This document shows positions 45,813-55,028 of a DNA stretch of 64,000 bases, piece after piece. Source of the stretch: a virus (taxonomy: Duplodnaviria; Caudoviricetes). The stretch spans positions 1,526-65,525 of the IMG/VR virus record IMGVR_UViG_3300033076_001518, one strand, 5' to 3'. Under the pieces are notes generated by a model, which did not search any database, was not told where the DNA came from, and saw only the letters and a list, made by a program, of their open reading frames with translations. Position 1 is the stretch's first letter. The number at the start of each line of letters is the position of its first letter. The translations under genes were made by a program, and so were the position numbers.

Positions 45813-46347
45813 GGCGCCGAGCACCCTTCACGTTAGGGCGGAGCGCCTCGACCACCGCGATCAAGTCGTGGATCAACGCCTCGTCGGGGCGAGCGCGTCG
45901 CCGCTCCTCGCGCAGCAGCGTGAGCGCCGTCGTGTAGCGCGTCTTCACTAGGCCCGACGTCACGCGGGCGAGAAGCTGGTTTCTACGCGCTTCGGGAGTG
46001 GGCCGCGGCACGACGGGCGCGGGCTTACGGCGTTGAGCGCGCTCTTGCATCAGCCGAGTGCGCCACGCGTGCTCGCGACGCTGCTGCGCTTGAACGTTGC
46101 GTAAGAACGCTCGCCACGCAGACGCCATGCGCTTGAACGAACGCCGCTTGGCACGCACGCTGCGGCGCCCGTGCTTCGAGAGGTTAGGCGTGAGCTCATG
46201 CTCGGAGGCGGCTTTGACGAACTTGTCGATCTCGGCCTGCGCATGCTTGCGCCAACCTTCCAGCTCTTCGGGCGTGAGCTGTCGCAGCTGAGCCTTCGTC
46301 AGCCCCACGGAGGGCAGCGGCGGAGCGGCGGGAGCCTTGGGCCTCAC
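45805..46347 (-). CDS. Arg-rich basic hypothetical protein
   Basis: 180 aa, GTGA coupling. Confidence 0.5.
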   Translation of the reverse strand: MRPKAPAAPPLPSVGLTKAQLRQLTPEELEGWRKHAQAEIDKFVKAASEHELTPNLSKHGRRSVRAKRRSFKRMASAWRAFLRNVQAQQRREHAWRTRLMQERAQRRKPAPVVPRPTPEARRNQLLARVTSGLVKTRYTTALTLLREERRRARPDEALIHDLIAVVEALRPNVKGARRRG

Positions 46348-46718
46348 GTTCTCAGTTCTCCGTCGTCTTGGTAGTCTTCTAGGTACTCGAGAAAAGGCAT
46401 GCCGCCCTCGGTCTCCGGCACCCAGATCCCGACCACCGTGCCGGCATAGCGAGCGTTCACCGAGTGTTCGGGGTGACCCTCGCCGTCGGAGTAGCGCACG
46501 ACGTCGCCGGGCAGCACTTCGACCCGCTGAGGGAGATCGCGGCGCGTCCAGAGTTGGTCGGAGCAGACGATCTCGAACATCGGCGGCTTCCTCGGTTCGA
46601 AGACCGTAAAACGGCGGGTCTCCGTCTCTGGGGCGAAGTTCGGCTCGGCCGGCTTGGGTCGCACCACGAGGAGCGCGGCGAACGCGCCGAGAAGGGCGCG
46701 GCGGGTGAGGGTGGTCAT
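46344..46718 (-). CDS. hypothetical protein with twin-arginine-like N-terminus
   Basis: MTTLTRRALLGAFAALLVV; ATGA coupling. Confidence 0.5.
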   Translation of the reverse strand: MTTLTRRALLGAFAALLVVRPKPAEPNFAPETETRRFTVFEPRKPPMFEIVCSDQLWTRRDLPQRVEVLPGDVVRYSDGEGHPEHSVNARYAGTVVGIWVPETEGGMPFLEYLEDYQDDGELRT

Positions 46719-46993
46719 AGCGTGAGTCCGGTCTTGGAGTCGTGAAGGATCAGCTCGATCTTCGTGCGCAACACGGGGACGCCGAGTTGCTTGAGCTCGT
46801 GAACGACGCGGTCCATGGCGGACGTCATCAACGTGAGCGAAGAGCTGTGATGTGTGAGGTAGAAGTACGTGTCGTTGCCGAGCAAGGGGTCGCGTGCGAT
46901 CTCGGAGGTCTTCCAACCCTTCCAGCCCGCGGCGACGCGCTCACCGTTGAGCGAGTGACTCGCGGGGATCGTGATGTGGCACTCGTAGTTCAT
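46715..46993 (-). CDS. hypothetical protein
   Basis: YECHITI...LRTKIELILHD; coupled. Confidence 0.6.
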   Translation of the reverse strand: MNYECHITIPASHSLNGERVAAGWKGWKTSEIARDPLLGNDTYFYLTHHSSSLTLMTSAMDRVVHELKQLGVPVLRTKIELILHDSKTGLTL

Positions 46994-47133
46994 CGGCCGT
47001 TTTCCTGCCACCAGTTGCAACGAGGCGTGATGCAGTTCCAGTTGCCGCCGAAGCGAGAGAGCGGCTGGCGGCATCGCTCGCAGCGATAGACGGGCGCCGC
47101 GGGTTCGCGGAGGACGAAGAGACGGGTGAACAT
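46990..47133 (-). CDS. small Zn-finger-like protein, first gene of the leftward arm
   Basis: CERC...C...C; ATG 47133. Confidence 0.5.
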   Translation of the reverse strand: MFTRLFVLREPAAPVYRCERCRQPLSRFGGNWNCITPRCNWWQENGR

Positions 47134-47149
47134 CGGAGTGGGCTCCTTA

Positions 47150-47870
47150 TCGAGGGAGTCTAGTATGCGGGCGTTTCTTACGCAGCGCTCGGTTCTGCGA
47201 CGCCGCAATCCCGCTGGATTTAGTAGGGATTGTTAACGTCTTGAAACTCTGCTCTAGACAGAAACTTGACAGATCCCGCGGTAGTGTCGTTTCTAAGAGT
47301 TGCAAGACCTTACTGCAGAGTAGGGCTTACATAGACAGGAGACTTCTGGAAGTGGTATTCGCTACGCCGCGCGACGAAGCGAAAAATCATCGAATACTAC
47401 TGTAGCGAAAGTCGGTCTATTGACGCAGCACCTCGTGCACGTCCGTAGGTTTCTGGTTCTCGGGATCCTTATCGCGGGAAGTTCTCCGCTGCGTAGTATT
47501 CGATGTTTTGAGTCAACTCCCGTGGAGCCTAAATTGACCCTATAACCTAGTAGGGCAGAGGGGCTTTATTGCAGGCCGGTGAACTGAGTCTAAATCTACT
47601 ACTTTATCGAAAGTTCGAATACTCCCTTGTTAGTGGCCGAGGTGGAGATCTAGATCCTAGACTTTTCGATGAGACCATTCGCCGCCGCCATTCGATCCGC
47701 CTGCCGAGGTGCGACGTAGTGAAAGTCGCCGCCGCAGTAGACAGACGTGGACGCCACGAACGGACGCCGCTTTACTCTCGTGACGTGGGCCGGGTATACT
47801 CGCGCGCGTGCCGGCGTGTGTGCGTGCCGGCCTCCCTCAACCGACTGAGGATCTTCTCCTCCCCACCCCA
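47150..47870. promoter_or_regulatory. divergent AT-richer control region with inverted and direct repeats
   Basis: No credible ORF; AGTAGGG three times, CGAATAC four times, 13-bp perfect inverted repeat 47388-47400 / 47493-47505. Confidence 0.65.
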
Positions 47871-47872
47871 CG

Positions 47873-48130
47873 ATGGAGCTGCGGTTGCCGAGCGTACGGA
47901 TCGACAGTGAAGATCCACGACTCACAGAGCCCGAGAAGCTCGTGCTGAACAGCATGCTAGAGCTTCGTGAGCGCTATCTGCGTGAGAATCGGCCCCGTGA
48001 AGCGCATGCTACGACGCGCTGTGCGGTCATCTTCTGGTTCGGGTTGACGCAAGAGTCTCAGTTCTTCGTCGACAGCACGCGACTCAGTGCCTTCGACGAG
48101 CTCAACGACGGAACAGGAGCGAAGACATGA
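47873..48130 (+). CDS. hypothetical protein
   Basis: 85-aa ORF coupled (ATGA) to the holin gene. Confidence 0.5.
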   Translation: MELRLPSVRIDSEDPRLTEPEKLVLNSMLELRERYLRENRPREAHATTRCAVIFWFGLTQESQFFVDSTRLSAFDELNDGTGAKT

Positions 48131-48351
48131 AGCTGATCGAGCAGGCTGCGGCCTGGTACAAGATGTTCAGCATGCAGGCGATGATCGCCGGCGGCGTGCT
48201 GGTGAGCGCGTGGCTCATGCTGCCCGTGGAGTGGCAGGCGGCGATCGGTGTCAAGCCCATCGCGTACGCGGCGCTCACGTGCTTCGTGCTCGGTGGCCTC
48301 GGCCGCCTCATCAAGCAGGACAGCGTCAGCGGCCCCGACGATCCGCAGTAG
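48127..48351 (+). CDS. holin
   Basis: 74 aa with two TM segments; AWYKMFSMQA N-terminus; LGRLIKQ C-terminus; upstream of the endolysin gene. Confidence 0.75.
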   Translation: MKLIEQAAAWYKMFSMQAMIAGGVLVSAWLMLPVEWQAAIGVKPIAYAALTCFVLGGLGRLIKQDSVSGPDDPQ

Positions 48352-48353
48352 CC

Positions 48354-48551
48354 ATGGAGCTGTACCAGTCACGCGTCCTCGACGAGAAGCGTGAGCTGGA
48401 CGAGCGGCTCGAGCGTCTCGTGACGTTCATCAAGTCGCCGGCCTTCTACCGCGTCACGCAAGAGGAGCGCGACCTCCTTTCCGAGCAAGAGGCGCACATG
48501 ACGCGGTACTCCGACGTGCTGCGGCGCCGCATCGCGAGGTTCACGACGTGA
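48354..48551 (+). CDS. small conserved coiled-coil protein
   Basis: YQSRVLDEKRELDERLERL..FI...F......LL..Q...M..YSDVL.RRI. Confidence 0.7.
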   Translation: MELYQSRVLDEKRELDERLERLVTFIKSPAFYRVTQEERDLLSEQEAHMTRYSDVLRRRIARFTT

Positions 48552-49423
48552 TTCCCAACTTCCGCTACCCATCGCGCGCCCTTCCGTGGCCGGAGGATCT
48601 GGACTACGAGGAGGACGTGTGCGGGATCGCGGAGGAGGAGGCCGGCCCTCGCATCCCGGGCGAGCCCGGCGGCCCGGCGCTCGTGGCCTACAAGTGCCCC
48701 GCCAAGGTGTGGACGATCGGCTACGGCGAGACGATGGGCGGCAGCGTCGTCGAGGGCATGACCGCCACGCTGGAGCAGGTCGACACGTGGTTCCTCGCCT
48801 CGCTCGCCAAGCGCGTGGCCGCGGTGAGGAAACTCTGCACGCACTCGGGCACCACGCGCTCGCACGTCGCGGCGCTCGTCTGGTTCTCGTACAACGTGGG
48901 CGTGGGCGCGCTCGCCACGAGCAACGTGCTCAAGCTCCACAACGCGGGTCGCTTCAACGAGGTGCCGAACGCGCTGCTCCAGTGGGTCTGGGCCACAGAC
49001 CGCGAGACGGGGAAGAAGGTCAAGCTGGCGGGGCTCGTCAAGCGACGCGCCAAGGAGGGCGCCCGCTACATGAAGCCCGAGTACGAAGCGCTGGCCAAGC
49101 CCACGCCTCAAGCTGTCGCGCCCGAGAAGCCGCTCGCCGCGTCGCCGACCATGGTCACCACGACCAGCACCGCGGGGCTCGCGGGTGTGGCCGCGCTGGC
49201 CGAGAGCGCGCCGCCCGTCGGACCGCCACCCTCAGACGCTCCGCATCAACCCATCTGGGGCGCGATTGCGGAGGCCGCACGCGACGTTCTGACGCAGGTG
49301 AAGGCCGGCGTCTCGGCGCTGACGGGCGTTCCGGAGCGCTACGTCCTGCCGCTGGCGCTGCTGGGTGCGCTGGCCTTCGTGGCGTACCGGCGGTGGAACC
49401 AGCGGCGCCAGGGGCTGGCATGA
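48548..49423 (+). CDS. endolysin (GH24 lysozyme) with C-terminal membrane segment
   Basis: AYKCPAKVWTIGYGET, LVWFSYNVG, GLVKRRAKE; C-terminal LPLALLGALAFVAYRRW. Confidence 0.88.
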   Translation: MIPNFRYPSRALPWPEDLDYEEDVCGIAEEEAGPRIPGEPGGPALVAYKCPAKVWTIGYGETMGGSVVEGMTATLEQVDTWFLASLAKRVAAVRKLCTHSGTTRSHVAALVWFSYNVGVGALATSNVLKLHNAGRFNEVPNALLQWVWATDRETGKKVKLAGLVKRRAKEGARYMKPEYEALAKPTPQAVAPEKPLAASPTMVTTTSTAGLAGVAALAESAPPVGPPPSDAPHQPIWGAIAEAARDVLTQVKAGVSALTGVPERYVLPLALLGALAFVAYRRWNQRRQGLA

Positions 49424-49713
49424 GTGCGCAGGTGTTGAAGCTCGTCGAAACGGGGCGCACGCTCTGCTTCAAAGATCTGCCTGCGTGTCTTCGTGCGCTC
49501 GCCGACGACATCGAGCGCGGCGGCCACGGGATCGCGGAAGCCAAGGAGCTCCACGGCGACAACGCCATCGCACGTTGCGTCGTCGTGCTGCGTGTGAGCA
49601 ACCAAGAGCCCGCGGTCTTCGCCTACGGGTCGATGGAGAACGTGGCGCAGGCGTACATGGATCTACACGCTGGCGCGCAAGAGCTCATGAACATGGGAGC
49701 GCCGGGACGATGA
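49420..49713 (+). CDS. hypothetical protein
   Basis: 97 aa (LRALADDIERG); ATGA coupling. Confidence 0.6.
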   Translation: MSAQVLKLVETGRTLCFKDLPACLRALADDIERGGHGIAEAKELHGDNAIARCVVVLRVSNQEPAVFAYGSMENVAQAYMDLHAGAQELMNMGAPGR

Positions 49714-50228
49714 ACCCGCTGGGGTTCGTGCCGATGTGGGTCTGGGTCGTCGTGGCCGCGCTCGCCTACGGCCAGTTCCGTAGCTGCCAGGCCCGCGACG
49801 CCGAGGCCAAGGTGCAGGGCACCGTCATCGCCGTTGCAAACGCTCGCGCCGAAGCCCTCGCGCGCGACCTCAAAGAGCAGGAGAAGATCAATGACGCACA
49901 ACGACGCGCGACGCTCGCTTCAGAGCGTGCGCGCGACGCCGCCGAGGTGGCCCGTCTGGCTGCTGAGCGCTCTGGTAGCGAGCTGCAGCAGCGCGCCCGT
50001 GATCTTGCCGCCCGAGCCTGCGCGCCGACCGCCGCCGCCGCTTCCGGAGTCGGCCCGGCAGCCCACGACGCCGGAGGACCCGCTGTGCTCGCCGACGTGC
50101 TTGGAAGGCTGGAAGAGGCTGGTCGACGAGTTGCTTCGGTCGCCGACGACCGGCGCATCCGCGGCGCCGAGTGCCAAGCCCAGTACGACGCGTTGAGGGG
50201 CGGAGGCGACGATGCCACGAGGCGTTAA
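49710..50228 (+). CDS. Rz: inner-membrane spanin (Rz, DUF2514-like)
   Basis: N-terminal TM, coiled coil, ADDRRIRGAECQAQYDAL C-terminus. Confidence 0.8.
   Translation: MNPLGFVPMWVWVVVAALAYGQFRSCQARDAEAKVQGTVIAVANARAEALARDLKEQEKINDAQRRATLASERARDAAEVARLAAERSGSELQQRARDLAARACAPTAAAASGVGPAAHDAGGPAVLADVLGRLEEAGRRVASVADDRRIRGAECQAQYDALRGGGDDATRR
49891..50196 (+). CDS. Rz1: outer-membrane spanin lipoprotein (Rz1), fully embedded in Rz in the +1 frame
   Basis: CAGGAG before ATG 49891; lipobox LVAS-C; Pro-rich mature region. Confidence 0.72.
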   Translation: MTHNDARRSLQSVRATPPRWPVWLLSALVASCSSAPVILPPEPARRPPPPLPESARQPTTPEDPLCSPTCLEGWKRLVDELLRSPTTGASAAPSAKPSTTR

Positions 50229-50742
50229 GCGAATGGAAGAGCTCGCCAACGCGGCTCGCAAGGCGGCTCGAACGCCGAAGGAGCGCCCGCCGCCCGCGCG
50301 GCGCAAGTCCGTTGCTGCGAAGACGGAGGCCGACGCGCCTCCGTTGCCGCATTTGACCCCTACGGACGACCCGAGCGTGTTCGTCAACGCCATGGGCCAG
50401 CGCGTAGACGCTAACGGCGTGCTGCTGCGGTTCCTCACGCCCGACAACGAAGAGGAGTACGGGGCGAAGATCATCGGCGAGGCCGTCGACACGCCCGCCA
50501 AGGTGATGAAGCGCATCGCGCTCGATCCGTTGCTCCCGCTCTCACTGCGGCTGGACGCGGCGAAGGGCGCCGCGCCGTACTTCGACAAGAAGAAGCCCAT
50601 CGCCATCGAGCAGAAGAACGAGGACACCTCGTTCGACGTGGCTGCGATCGCGTCGCTGCCGCGCGCCAAGCGCATCGAGCTGCTGCGCATGCTGGGTGAG
50701 ATCGGCGTCGATGTGAGCGCTCTGGACGTGCTGAAGAAATGA
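50212..50742 (+). CDS. terS: terminase small subunit
   Basis: RLDAAKGAAPYF motif; directly upstream of the large subunit with ATGA overlap. Confidence 0.7.
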   Translation: MPRGVKRMEELANAARKAARTPKERPPPARRKSVAAKTEADAPPLPHLTPTDDPSVFVNAMGQRVDANGVLLRFLTPDNEEEYGAKIIGEAVDTPAKVMKRIALDPLLPLSLRLDAAKGAAPYFDKKKPIAIEQKNEDTSFDVAAIASLPRAKRIELLRMLGEIGVDVSALDVLKK

Positions 50743-52313
50743 GCCAGAACCCGCCGCGTCTCGCCAAGCTCGCGCTCGCACTCGAGGCCTCGCTCCTCGA
50801 GGAGTCGCTAGCGGACTTCGCCCGCGCGGCGTGGCCGGTGCTGGAACCGAGCACCGACCTCAAGTGGGGGTGGGCGCTCGACGCTATCTGCGAGCATCTC
50901 GAGGCGGTCAGTCACGGCAAGATCACACGACTGCTGATGAACGTGCCGCCGGGCTGCATGAAGTCGCTGCTGACGAGCGTGTTGTGGCCGGCGTGGGAGT
51001 GGACGCACAAAGACTGGCGTCATCTGCGGTACATCGGCACGTCGCACATGCAGACGCTCGCCATCCGCGACTCGATGAAGTGCCGCCGACTGATCCAGAG
51101 CGAGTGGTACCAAGCGCGATGGCCGCTCGGGCTCACGAGCGACCAGAACGCGAAGACCAAGTTCGAGAACGAGTTCACGGGCTTCCGCGAGGCCATGGCG
51201 TTCACCTCGATGACGGGCTCGCGCGGCGACCGCGTCATCCTCGACGACCCGTTGAGCGTGGACGACGCGCTCAGCGAGGCCGAGATCCTGAACGCGAAGA
51301 CCACGTTCCTCGAGTCGTTGCCGACGCGGGTCAACGATCCCGAGAAGAGCGCCATCGTGATCATCATGCAGCGGCTGCACGAGGAGGACACGAGCGGCAT
51401 CATCCTGGACATGAAGCTCCCGTACGAGCACCTCATGCTCCCGATGGAGTTCGAGCCCGAGCGCCGCTGCAAGACCTCGATCGGGTTCGTCGATCCGCGC
51501 AAGAAGGACGGCGAGCTGCTCTTCCCCGAACGATTCTCGGAGAAGGCAGTCGCCGCACTGAAAGTCCCGCTCGGCGAGTACGGCACGGCTGGCCAGCTGC
51601 AGCAGCGTCCGACGCCGCGGGGTGGCGGCCTCTTCAAGACGAAGTTCATCAACCTCTGGCCCGCCGAGGCCCAGCTACCGGACCTGGTGTTCGCGCTGCA
51701 GAGCTACGACACTGCGTTCACAGAGGAGACGGCCAACGATCCGACGGCGCAGATCGCGCTGGGCGTGTTCAAGCATCCTAAGCTCCACGTCAACTGCGTC
51801 ATGCTGTTGGACGCTTGGGATGAGCATCTCAATTACCCCGAGCTGCGTAAGCGGGCGCTGAAGAACTACCGCGCGATCTACGGCGGCACGCCCGGCGACC
51901 AGCTTCATCCGGGCCGCCGGACGGACGTCGTCCTGATCGAGAACAAAGGCTCCGGCATCAGTCTGATCCAGGACCTGCGTCAAGCGCGGCTGCCGGTTCA
52001 CGTGTACAACCCGGGCAAGGCCGACAAGTACACGCGGGCGCAGGCGGTGCTGGCGCTGTTCGAGCTCGGGCTGCTGTACATCCCCGAAAGCAAGAAGAAC
52101 CCTGGGAAGTGGGTCACGTGGGCCGAAGCCTTCGTGCGCCAGCTGACCACGTTCGGCTACGGAGTGAGCGCGCACGACGACTACGTCGACACGCTGACCC
52201 AGGCACTGATCTACCTACGCGACGCGGGCCTTCTCCAGCTTCCGGAAGTCGAGCCGGAAGAGGAGACGGAGCGCGAGTACCGCGGTCGGAAGAGGAATCC
52301 GTACGATGCGTAA
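50739..52313 (+). CDS. terL: terminase large subunit
   Basis: NVPPGCMKS, GSRGDRVILDDP, IIMQRLHEED, QQRP, SYDTA, IENKGSG, HDDYVD. Confidence 0.95.
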   Translation: MSQNPPRLAKLALALEASLLEESLADFARAAWPVLEPSTDLKWGWALDAICEHLEAVSHGKITRLLMNVPPGCMKSLLTSVLWPAWEWTHKDWRHLRYIGTSHMQTLAIRDSMKCRRLIQSEWYQARWPLGLTSDQNAKTKFENEFTGFREAMAFTSMTGSRGDRVILDDPLSVDDALSEAEILNAKTTFLESLPTRVNDPEKSAIVIIMQRLHEEDTSGIILDMKLPYEHLMLPMEFEPERRCKTSIGFVDPRKKDGELLFPERFSEKAVAALKVPLGEYGTAGQLQQRPTPRGGGLFKTKFINLWPAEAQLPDLVFALQSYDTAFTEETANDPTAQIALGVFKHPKLHVNCVMLLDAWDEHLNYPELRKRALKNYRAIYGGTPGDQLHPGRRTDVVLIENKGSGISLIQDLRQARLPVHVYNPGKADKYTRAQAVLALFELGLLYIPESKKNPGKWVTWAEAFVRQLTTFGYGVSAHDDYVDTLTQALIYLRDAGLLQLPEVEPEEETEREYRGRKRNPYDA

Positions 52314-54996
52314 GCTCAAGTTTGCAGAAGGCGGTGGCGTGAAGAACTTCAAGCCTCAGACGCGTGCGCCCAAGGGCGCGCTGTGCGCGTGCGGCGACGC
52401 GCTCGGGCCGCACTTCCTGGCGGCCGACGGCGGCTCCGTGCCGGAGAGCCGCGCGCCATGGGCGCCGCAGCCGGGCTTCACCGACCCGACGTGGGGGCGC
52501 GTGTGGGAAGAGATCAAGTCCCAAGGCCCGGAGGCGGTGAAGGCTTGGTTCCGCAAGCAGGCCGAGTACATGGCGCGTCGTGCCGCGCCGTACTACGGCG
52601 GTCAGCGTGGCGTGAACGGCGCGGCGAACTTGAAGGAGCAGCTCGACATGCTCGCCGGCACGGCGCGCGGCGCCACCGCGGCGACGCTCGGCCTGCCGGG
52701 GGATCTTCAGAGCCTCGGGCGCGGCGCCATGAGCGTGCCGCAGGGCCCGCTCGCCACGCTGTCCGCGATGCAGGAGCACACGCTCTTCCCCAAGTCCGAC
52801 GAGCTGAAGAAGGGCGAGCGAGGCTTCCTGGCGCGCGGCGCCGGCACGCCTGGCGAGGCGGCGGGCGAGACCCTGGGCGACTTCGTCCCGCTCATCCCGC
52901 CGTCCGCCGTCCGATCTGGGGCTCGCGCCGTGGGCCGCGGGGTCGAGGCGGTCGGCCGAAGGGCCGAGCGTGGCGTGGAGAGAGCCCTGGAAGACCCCGG
53001 GATCATCGGCGACATCACGCGGGCCGCCGGGCGGACGTTCGCACCCGCCCCCACGACCCATGCGGTGAAGCCGAAGGGTGGGAACTTCGCTGAGAACCGG
53101 CTGGCTGCGTATTTGAACGAGCTCGGCGCTTGGACGCCGGAAGCTGACATGTTCGGCATCGAGCCGCGCGCCCAAGGCCCCTCCGAACCGGTCCAAACTT
53201 GGATGACGACGCAGCTGCGTAACTACCTGCGGAAAGATCTCGGCGCGCCGACGGACCCGCTGCTAGCGGTGGAGCGCGAATCCCCCGGTCTACATCTCCC
53301 GGAGGGCGCACTCGATACCGGCACCTGGGCCGCGGACGATGCGCGGCGTCTCAATGCTTTTCTCGCGGATCCGAACCGTTCCGAAACAACGGTGATGCGA
53401 GCGCTCGCGCATAAGCATCGCGAGCTAACAGACCAGCCCGCGACGCCTTGGGGAATGCTTTCGGGCTCGATGCTACATAGAGTCGACCCTTTCGACTACG
53501 CAAACGACATCGGGTTTCACGTTGGCTCCAAAGGTACTGCGATCGACGTGCCGGGAATGCTGCGTGATACTTTCGGCGACGATGTTCCAGCGCCTTTGCG
53601 TTGGTTGGAGAAGGCACCACCCGACACGAAAATCTGGAGTCTTACGGAGCCGTATCAGGATCAGCTTGGATTCGGTCACGTCCGCGACTACCTCGAGGCT
53701 GCGACGGAGGCGCATCAGGGCATCCGTCGTGCGGGCGCGGGGCTCGGCGAGCCATACTTGCGGCACGGCATCGCGAACCCGAACGCGATCGGTAACGCAG
53801 AGCGACAAGAAGCGATGAGGTGGCTCGCGCTGCAAGACGCCGGGCTCACGCTCGACCCTGCCTCGCTCCCCCGACTCAGCGTGGCGGACGCGGTGCGGAA
53901 GACGGCGCAGTGGAACAAGTTCATGTCGGAGCAGGCGGCCGTCGACGGTCCGCTGACGAAGGGTTGGAAAGAGTTCAAAGCGTATCCGGACAAGGGCATG
54001 AAGTGGGTGGAGTTTGGGAGCCCGGAGACCCCAACTGACATGTTCACGCTCCCTGAGGGTTACAAGCTCAAACCTCTGCACGAACAACTTCCGCCTGGTC
54101 AGACTCAGGCTTGGAAAGTTGTCGGTCCCGATGGCGCAGACGCAATGCCGAGCATGGGATGGAGCGGCCACGGCAATCGGTACTCCGAGGACCCCATCAT
54201 CCGCGAGGGTGGCGAGCGAGCCGCGATCTACCAGTTCAATCGCCTGCGTGGCGAAGAGGACCTCCGAGCGGGCCTCGGCGCCGAGGGCGACGCGATGGGC
54301 CACTGCGTTGGCGGATACTGCGACGACGTGTTGACGCGCGGCACGAAGATCTACTCGCTGCGGGACGCCAAGGGCAAGCCGCACGTGACGATCGAGGTGA
54401 GGCCTCCGAACGAGCACCCGAACGCAGCTTTCGATCGTTTTGCGGCTCAGGCGACACCTGAAGAGAAGAAGCGACTCGGCGATGCGTACGCGGTTTACAA
54501 AGCCGCGCAAGACGCGGCCGGCAACGGCGCGATGGGCATAGCCCAATTCGCACACAGCAGAAAATTGATCCCACCACCACCGCCCGAGATCATCCAGATC
54601 AAGGGCAAAGGCAACGCCGCGCCGGTCGCGGACTACCTGCCGTTCGTCCAGGACTTCGTCCGCAGCGGGAAGTGGGGGCGTGTGGGGGACCTCGGGAACA
54701 CGGGGTTGGAAGACGTCACTAACTTGACGCGCGATGCAGCCGAGCAGCGTCTCATGTTTCATCCGTTCGAAGACGTCACTATCGCCGAGGTAAATCGCTG
54801 GAGAGATGCGAACCCGCAGGCCCGATATCTATCGGCAGAAGATTTGAGCAAATTTCTCGGAAGAGAAGTGCGTGCGGGGCGTCGCGGCGTGCGCTACGCT
54901 TCCGGCGGCTCCGTCGAGAAAGACCCTGAAGGCTTCCTGCCGCGCAACATCGACGAGGCGACCGACTACGTGCTGCGCGTCTTCGGCAAGCAGTAA
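52306..54996 (+). CDS. large (896 aa) putative virion-associated protein with PcfJ-like domain
   Basis: EGDAMGHCVGGY...IYSLRDAKGKPHVTIEV...QIKGKGN; [FY]AxGG motifs at both ends. Confidence 0.65.
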   Translation: MRKLKFAEGGGVKNFKPQTRAPKGALCACGDALGPHFLAADGGSVPESRAPWAPQPGFTDPTWGRVWEEIKSQGPEAVKAWFRKQAEYMARRAAPYYGGQRGVNGAANLKEQLDMLAGTARGATAATLGLPGDLQSLGRGAMSVPQGPLATLSAMQEHTLFPKSDELKKGERGFLARGAGTPGEAAGETLGDFVPLIPPSAVRSGARAVGRGVEAVGRRAERGVERALEDPGIIGDITRAAGRTFAPAPTTHAVKPKGGNFAENRLAAYLNELGAWTPEADMFGIEPRAQGPSEPVQTWMTTQLRNYLRKDLGAPTDPLLAVERESPGLHLPEGALDTGTWAADDARRLNAFLADPNRSETTVMRALAHKHRELTDQPATPWGMLSGSMLHRVDPFDYANDIGFHVGSKGTAIDVPGMLRDTFGDDVPAPLRWLEKAPPDTKIWSLTEPYQDQLGFGHVRDYLEAATEAHQGIRRAGAGLGEPYLRHGIANPNAIGNAERQEAMRWLALQDAGLTLDPASLPRLSVADAVRKTAQWNKFMSEQAAVDGPLTKGWKEFKAYPDKGMKWVEFGSPETPTDMFTLPEGYKLKPLHEQLPPGQTQAWKVVGPDGADAMPSMGWSGHGNRYSEDPIIREGGERAAIYQFNRLRGEEDLRAGLGAEGDAMGHCVGGYCDDVLTRGTKIYSLRDAKGKPHVTIEVRPPNEHPNAAFDRFAAQATPEEKKRLGDAYAVYKAAQDAAGNGAMGIAQFAHSRKLIPPPPPEIIQIKGKGNAAPVADYLPFVQDFVRSGKWGRVGDLGNTGLEDVTNLTRDAAEQRLMFHPFEDVTIAEVNRWRDANPQARYLSAEDLSKFLGREVRAGRRGVRYASGGSVEKDPEGFLPRNIDEATDYVLRVFGKQ

Positions 54997-55028
54997 ACTA
55001 GCGATCACAAGGACAAAGGCTTCCGCCC

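Noticed and set aside
47266-47295. Perfect TTGACA as a rightward sigma70 promoter
   Set aside because: No acceptable -10 hexamer at 16-18 nt spacing (gtttct at 17 nt).
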